Below are positions 56,602-64,000 of a stretch of DNA of 64,000 nt, one piece after another. Each line of letters begins with the position of its first letter. Position 1 is the first letter of the stretch. The notes under the pieces were generated by a model. It did not search any database, had not been told where the DNA came from, and worked only from the letters and a program-made list of their open reading frames with translations. The stretch comes from Balanoglossus misakiensis (Eukaryota > Animalia > Hemichordata), in the NCBI GenBank assembly GCA_040954595.2, contig CM082583.2:5206849-5270848 (forward strand), written 5' to 3'. The position numbers and the translations under genes were made by a program.

Positions 56602-57772
56602 GCGTGTCACACAGTTAGTCATACAAAAAACATTGCACCCTCAACGTTACAATTGAAGCTTTGATGACAAATTTTGATCGTCCTTGTCGATATTCGCTTG
56701 TTTTCTTTTCTCTGGAGTTAGTGCGTCACTTGAGTTTTGGTATGAATTAACAAACCTATGTCACTTGTGGTGGAATTCTGACGAATGCGTGGTGATCAAA
56801 TATTCTCCACTATTTCCACCAGTGAATAGATCAAAGGTCGTACACGAAATGCATAAAATTTCTCAGTTCACGCCGTGACGCAAACCTTGAATTTCGTAGT
56901 ATACGCAAACTACCAACGTTATCATAGAATGATTGGTTCCGTGCTTTCATGCGTACATCGACAGTTTACGGACGGATTTCTCGGGCACTTCTGTCTTACG
57001 TTCTGCAGTTGGTACAGAAAACCCAGGATCGTTAAAATAAAAAGGGCCTTTACTCGTTCAGAGCAAAAAAGGGAGAGGAGACAGCTCATTTCACAAAAAC
57101 ACAAGGGGAAGCCGAGCTTGCAATGCATTTCTTACACCTCGCCTCGCTCATTCACCGAGTTTTGTTGAAACTCCGCGCGCGAACAAACGAAATTGCAACA
57201 TCGAGCCGTCGCTTTCATGTCGCGGTTGACTCCATTGTTTGTGCGATACATCCCATTCAGTGTTACCCAGATACAATAATACCTGTTATTAGTTCACTGC
57301 ATGTTGCATTCCGGGACGGACGGTTTCCATCAAAGGCGGTTATTCATCCACCGACTCCGAAGCCTTTATCACCGAGCTGAGCCACCGTCACAAAAAAACG
57401 CTAGTTTCAGTCCCCGACTACAAAACGCCAATGAAAGGCCACAATCACGCTTGTCGAAGAAATCAGCCATAAACCACTGTCTGGGATCGGTGAGGCAAAA
57501 AAGCAGACTCTGGGAAGCCTTACAAAGAGAAGCCCACTCCAGGCTACGAGTAATTACTGGCAATGGTGCTCGAAATTTAGCATACTCTAACGAGTCTCAA
57601 AGAAATGACTTAATTGCTAATCACCAGTTGGTCTTCCGTTAACCGTGGTTTTGTAAGTTGATCGTGGAGATCTTTCATTAAAAGTGGTTGTGTGGAAGTA
57701 GTCCTACAATTGCCTAATAGTCAAACTGTTCGGTGGAAGTGTTTTACGTGTGCAATCAATAGTTGTTTCAAA

Positions 57773-57869
57773 TACGTACGTACGTACGTACGTACGTATG
57801 TATGTACGTACGTACGTACGTACGTACATGTATGTATCTATGTATCTATGTATGTATCTATGTATGTAC
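57773..57869. repeat. Compound (TACG)n/(TATG)n/(TATC) microsatellite
   Basis: Directly visible. Confidence 0.95.
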
Positions 57870-60800
57870 CCTCTCACGGGAATAGATAGAGAGTCCCCTT
57901 CCCATGTCACTGATGGCGCAATATCAAGTGGTTTCCCTTCTCCATTCGTCCGTCGCGCTTCACTTCTTAATCCCGGCTTACAATAAGCTCGATTTAACGC
58001 TACCATAACTATTTTGCCACCAGAGCTATCGCCCAGTTTCCCCTGCAATTTGACATGTGTCTTGACGGCGCTAAGGTCCAGTGTTTTTTGTGTGTGTCAC
58101 CAGCTGTTAATATTATCACCATTGTTCGTATTCTTTTGCCGCCCGATGATTTGATTAGCACAGCCGGGAAACATCAACTTTCTATTTTTTCAAAGAAAGA
58201 AACCACTCTGTGTACGTCACGTGACTAAAACCTGACAGTGTCGCTTCGTTGGAAGCGTCTACGACGGAATTGAACGTGAATGTATATTCACGAAATTCAC
58301 AATTATGAAGATTCTAAACCATGGACAAAGAGATGGTGAATTTTTCCCGTGCACTAAACATGACTAGAAAGAGCGGTTCAAAGTTAATGTGTTCCGATTT
58401 CGTTGTAAATATCAGCGAATGATAATACATAATTTGATGCAAAGCGCTAGATTTTACGGAACGAGTTTTTTTTTCCGGACACATGAACGACCTCCGATAA
58501 GAGAGAGAGACAATAGCTCGGCCTTGAAAGAACATCCCCGCTTTCATGATCTAATGGCGCTGCTCTCCTAAGTGTATCTAGCATAGTAATTGTTTCATCT
58601 CCAAAGTGCAGCCCGGGGGTACTTGCATGCACTGCCAGCTTGTCTATGGTCAACGCGGATTCAGCTAGACCACGAAAATGTACCTCGGTCGATTTCAGTC
58701 GATTTTCGACATAGCTGTAACCATACACAGCGTAAAGGACTCCCCCACCAATCCCAACTCAAAATGTACGCGTTACAAATATCCCGTTCGCCTGCGGTCA
58801 ACAATTATCACTCTGCCCATAGTTTTCGTCTATCAATGCCAGTGCCCAATGATGAAAAGAAGACTATAGACCAAGATACTCATGTATGCGACAATTTGCA
58901 TGGTTTATGAGTTCGGTGCGTGGTAAAAGTTTATTTTTACTTTTTTATAAACACATACAATAACTAAATTTGATATCTTACCCTTGTGTGCCTATTGTGT
59001 AGTGACCGTGCTATAAGTAGGAAGAGAAAATCTTTTTGTTTATTTGATTATTTTTCGTGCATTAATTCTGTCATATTTGGTCGGGATGTTCCGACTCTTC
59101 TAATTCTGAACGCTTGCCAAGTCCAGGTGTGCTTTATGCGCAAAATTCTGGAAGCAAGAAACCATAGACTGGTACAGTACCTGTTTTCAGAGGAGGGGAA
59201 AATAAATATCGGATGACACGTTGGGCTATTGTGCGTCGTTTCAAGTCTATCCAAACACATCTAATTGCATAGATTCGCAGTTTCTTTTTATTCGGTGCAT
59301 AACACGCCACTGCGCTACTGTCCTACGCATTCAGTTCTTTTATGTCCCTGGGGTATAAGCACATTCGTGCGGTGTGGCAGCTAACACGACCCCCCCCCCC
59401 TTCAATGGACATTTCGCTTGGAAACGCTATATATTCCGCGAAAATATCTGTTTCTTTGGTTCGAACGGCGTTAAGTGTCCCATGCGGCGTTCTGGTGCGC
59501 TAAACTCAATTACCAATTATATTTTAATATTCATTGGACAGATAGATAATCGTGTTTCTTTCACCGCTCTCAACAATGTACAACATGCGTGTTAAAACAA
59601 AGGCGCTTTTCACAGTTTGCCGTGCGTGATTGAAAACTGTAATTAAAGCTATACCCCTGCCCTTCTATTATCACCGAGAAGAAAAAAAAAATCTTGAGTG
59701 GGTCGGTCGAATGCAACACCTTGTCTCGTTCAGCGATGAAAGAGAACGATCATTCGCAAATTGAATATTTAGGCTTTCCATTCACACGTGAGACGGGCGA
59801 ACAAAGATGGGGCAATTAAAAGTAGTGAGAAAAACGATAATGTGATTGTCTGTGTGCCAAAGACCAAATTGACGTCTAATTGCGGACTAAATGCGCGTCA
59901 ATTTCCCAGAAACTACTCTAATTAGACAGGTGAAAAGAAGAAAAGTCGAATGGCGGGTAACTATATGAGGTGATTTGGAATTGTTAGCTTTGAATTGGCA
60001 TGGGGTGTCATCCGAACGCGATCGCCTGGAACCCCCTCCCCTCACCGTTTTGACAGAAATGTGCACAAACCACGGTTCCATGGTCAAAACGGGAATATCT
60101 GTAATTCGTATTGTACTAACGCTAACCGTGCATGGAGTGAGTTCGAATGAGATCGTATTGTAACCACACGATGTGACAGGACCACTAAATCGAGACAACC
60201 CGTGCAATTATTGAACAATGGCGGGCCGTGCTGTCTGTGGCGCGACGATTCTCCTTTTGTCCGAGTACTTTTTTGTTGTTGTCACGAGCTGCCGAGACAG
60301 GCGGCCACCGTATGATGAGCTGCGACCGATACCGGTAATTATCCGTGAAAGAATTGATGGGTTTCGACAGCGGTCAATCGCGTCAATACAAACGGAAATG
60401 TACAGACAAGATACGCTTGTCAGTTTCATGCGCCGGTGAGCGCGATAAGAACTATTTTAGAATAATCAGAAAAGGCTGGAAAAATGCTGCAATTATCTAA
60501 AATTTGACCTTTTGTAGGCCTAATTGTCAATATGACGGGAGTTTTATATTTTAAAGTTGATTCAGAATGGAAACCCCAGTTGATGATTGCTTTCCTCCGA
60601 AAGAAAAACACAATCTGATCCAGCTCGGTTACATTGTTCAATCCAGCCTAGATTCAGAACATCACATTTAAACAATGCCATTAATAATTGAAATTATGTC
60701 AACATATTATCCCGTTTTCTTAATAACACATGACCATCGAATCTCTAAAATATCACTAGACAGGTCTTAATTTAATTATCCAATTTTACACTTGATGGAA

Positions 60801-63800
60801 GTTTTCCTGTGGTTTGGTTTGATTTGATTTGATCTGTTCAGTGGTGCAACTAGAGGCTTGCTTAGTCTATTGACAACGTTGCATGAAATAATCCGTAATC
60901 AATACCATTTATTCAATTTAGAAAAGTTATGCCTGTGTGTTATTTTATAGCGCGATGACAATGTATAGTATAATGGTATAGTATCACTTGAATGCACACG
61001 ACACTCAAAATGTCTCTTCTGAAACTAACATCAAACTGTCTGCAAAATGCCACGAAATAAACCTGCGCTATTGATTTTTTTAGTTTTGTTTGTGGGATCA
61101 TCCAGAAACGATTCAGGTTCGTCTGGCTGGTGTTTTCTCTTCTCATAATCTAAACTGTATACTTTGGCGAGACAACAAGCGTTTTACACATCTGGATGGG
61201 TTCGAATAAGTGTTTTCCGCTGTTGTTGTGTTTCGATGTTCATTCACTTTATCCCAAATATTTATCTATTCAATTACAGTCCGGGGAAAAAATATCGCCG
61301 GTGCACTCGCCAAGGTGTCCGGTGATGACAGCTCTCCGAGCCGGACTTCACCATTTAACCCCTGTGCACATTTCTTGGAATGAAATGCAGGGAAAAGTTT
61401 TTCAAAGTTGTTTTTTTCGTGTTCATTGGTGGCGGGTTGTTGACAGTTGGCCTGCATTTGGACGCTGTTGACACAAGTTCAACAACGTTTCGACTTTATT
61501 GATGACCGAAGAATTGCCCAATTGTCAGCAGCCGCAATACTTTACAACGACCCACCGACAATTCCTCGCCGTTTGGGAAAATATTTGAACAGGGCAGCCA
61601 CTGGGCTACACGCACGCCATTATGAGCCTGACGACCCTCACAGTCAAAAACGCTTTTAACAAGGAATGTAATTTGTTTTCTTGTTGTTCAAAGATAGCAA
61701 GACGCAGCTTTTAACAGGGATGCTTGATACCCTTAGGCAGAGCCCGAGATGTGCCTTGTTTCGGACAAAGCCGAGATTCCGCCTGGAGGACGCTTTTTTC
61801 TCATTGAATAACGACACAAAATTGGTCGGCTCCGGGTCCCGACTGCTACCGCTGCACCCGCCCCTCCCCCTTAAAAAGACAGCGAAAGAATCGCGGCTCA
61901 CCTGCACCAAGAGAAAATACTTCGATCATGCTCGATAATCCCCTTTTGCACGTCTCTGTGATAGAGAACAACAGACAAATATTGTAGTTTGGTTTCGGGT
62001 CTGCAGATCAATTGTCCACACTGTAAGACAGGGACACTTGAAAAAACGAATCCCTGAAGAGATTACAGAAGGGTAAAAAAAAGTAAAGCACAGGCGTTCA
62101 TCGTTTGATCAGATAATCTCACAAGTGTATCAAAACCCCGAAAAAAAACCCAAAGCCCGTTTTCCACGACTCTTGCGCACGTGACCCTTATTGCGAGTGC
62201 AAATCTCTCGTGTCAAAAGATTTGGTGGAGCGAGTAAGCCGGGCAACCAGCGGCAGCAGTGTAAGCTATGGGATAAGCCGGTATAATTGAGCTCTCTATA
62301 TATTTCGTTGTGTTTCGGTTGATGGAAGTTTGGTGGGTTTTTGTCCTGTGGTACTATCATTGCTGAGTCCCGCAGATACAGAAAGTACTTGCATCAACTG
62401 CCAGAACATGCTGGTTTTTCTCAAAGGACTAGTCAAAAATCCATCCACGACCAGACTTCGCATTTTTTTCGTAAGAATAAACTTGGTACATTTACTAATA
62501 TTAAAATGAAGTACATGTTTGCAAAAATAACTACCGTGCTCCTGCAATAGCCATAAAGGAATAGTTATTTCTGCAGTATTCATGTTGGACACAATCATGA
62601 AGATGACTGATACAGGTGGTTGTATAGATTACCAGGGTTGGAGTCTAAGAGGTTTGGGGGGAGGGTGCTTGACAGAAAGAATGTCCACTCGAGAAAGAAG
62701 TAACTTCGCCGCCTGTCAATATTGATCCCGTGGCCAATAGTGGACCATCACCCGGCCATTGTAATCTGTGTTATGTGAACAGCGCTGCTGGTCTGAATGG
62801 GGAACTGTTACACGCACCATTATCCGACAAAACACCGAGCCCCCATTGACAAGAAAACCCGCACCGGGCTCTGCAACTCCTCTCTGCACTCGGACAAAAA
62901 TTAAGTCAACATTTGTTGAAACGGTTTGCTCCAACGAGGCGTGCCTCGCCGGACTTGTTTTTTGACCCGAGTGCCTCCCTGTGCATGCTCGTGACCGTGC
63001 CTCCTCGAGACGGCAGCTGCACTATCACACCGCTAGCAGAACCTTGCGTTCCACGCGTCTGAAATTCATTGTGTGTTTATAAACTTCTATCAAAATATGA
63101 CTTTTCAGTATTCGCCGTTGTCCACCAACTTTGTAAATAAAGTACACAAGTATATGCAAGGCCGACTTGCCAGTACACACCGCAAATGGCAGCGACCCCC
63201 CCCCCCCTCCCTCATCCCCCCAAAAAATTATGCATTTGCTCGAAGACAAATACGAGTGACAATGGGATGTTCATTTCAAACTCGTATTTGCTAATTAGCC
63301 ATACAGGTGAGAGATTGATGTATATCTGGCCATTTCCAGCACGGTAGCTGGCTAACACAGGGTGTATTTACTTTGCAAAATATCCCCGGGATATTTGAAT
63401 AGACATTGATCGATAGGGACTGTAACGCCAAACATTGATGTTGCCAGCTCTTGTGGGTCGCATCCAGCGAGAAAAGTTGACAAATCGGGCGTTTTCCCAT
63501 TTTTATCGGAGAAGGAAATGAGAAAATAAAAAATAGTGAGGAACTTGGAAATTTTTGAAATGTCGGGGCGTCTGGTAATTGGGACAGGAATGCAGTTAGG
63601 TAATGTATTGTTGGAATGTTGTGTACTCAATTACAGCGGTGCTTTGAGTAATTGCTTCAAAAAGTTTGCAAAAGTCATGTATCTGCAGCGATTGGCAAAC
63701 AGAGCCATCGCCAGATGGATTCCAATCGGAAAGATAAAAAGCACCGCCGCACCGCTGCCAGATCATCATGGGCACGCAGAGTCAAGTTTCAATGAATCTT

Positions 63801-64000
63801 CCCCACAAGTAAAGGGTACGGTGTGTGTGTGTGGAAGGGGGGTCTTGTACTTCGGGGACCGCGCGTGGGTACAGCGCTTCTTTCTCTGTAAGCCGCCCGC
63901 ACACTTAGACGGGCATAACCATGTTCCCTCGCAAGTTTTTGCAATAACCACAGAAATATAGTACCAGAATAAAATCGCTCGTCCGCGCTCTGTGTCTCTT

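Overview
Intron-rich eukaryotic (animal) DNA; gene content and style suggest an invertebrate deuterostome such as a hemichordate or echinoderm (inference). I assembled seven protein-coding genes by hand from GT-AG splice sites with consistent phases. (1) A 2-exon uncharacterised alpha/beta-domain protein (-, 290-3583). (2) A 9-exon glycine-receptor-like Cys-loop chloride channel subunit A (+, 5571-13713). (3) RIOK2 (+, 14702-20535). (4) A paralogous 9-exon Cys-loop subunit B (-, 22626-31734), convergent with A so that the pair brackets RIOK2. (5) A 2-exon single-pass type I membrane protein with a TGN-sorting-like tail (+, 36678-38098). (6) An intronless orphan class A GPCR (+, 41907-42944). 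(7) A 4-exon fatty acid-binding protein (+, 49873/50059-54642) with an in-frame upstream hydrophobic leader and a DR4 element in its promoter. The rest is introns and intergenic DNA with microsatellites and tiny piggyBac-like MITEs; I found no confident gene in 55-64 kb. There is no prokaryote-type system such as CRISPR. The best candidates for novel biology are the channel pair with a remodelled agonist pocket and the leader-bearing FABP. All of this was read by eye; no database searches were run.
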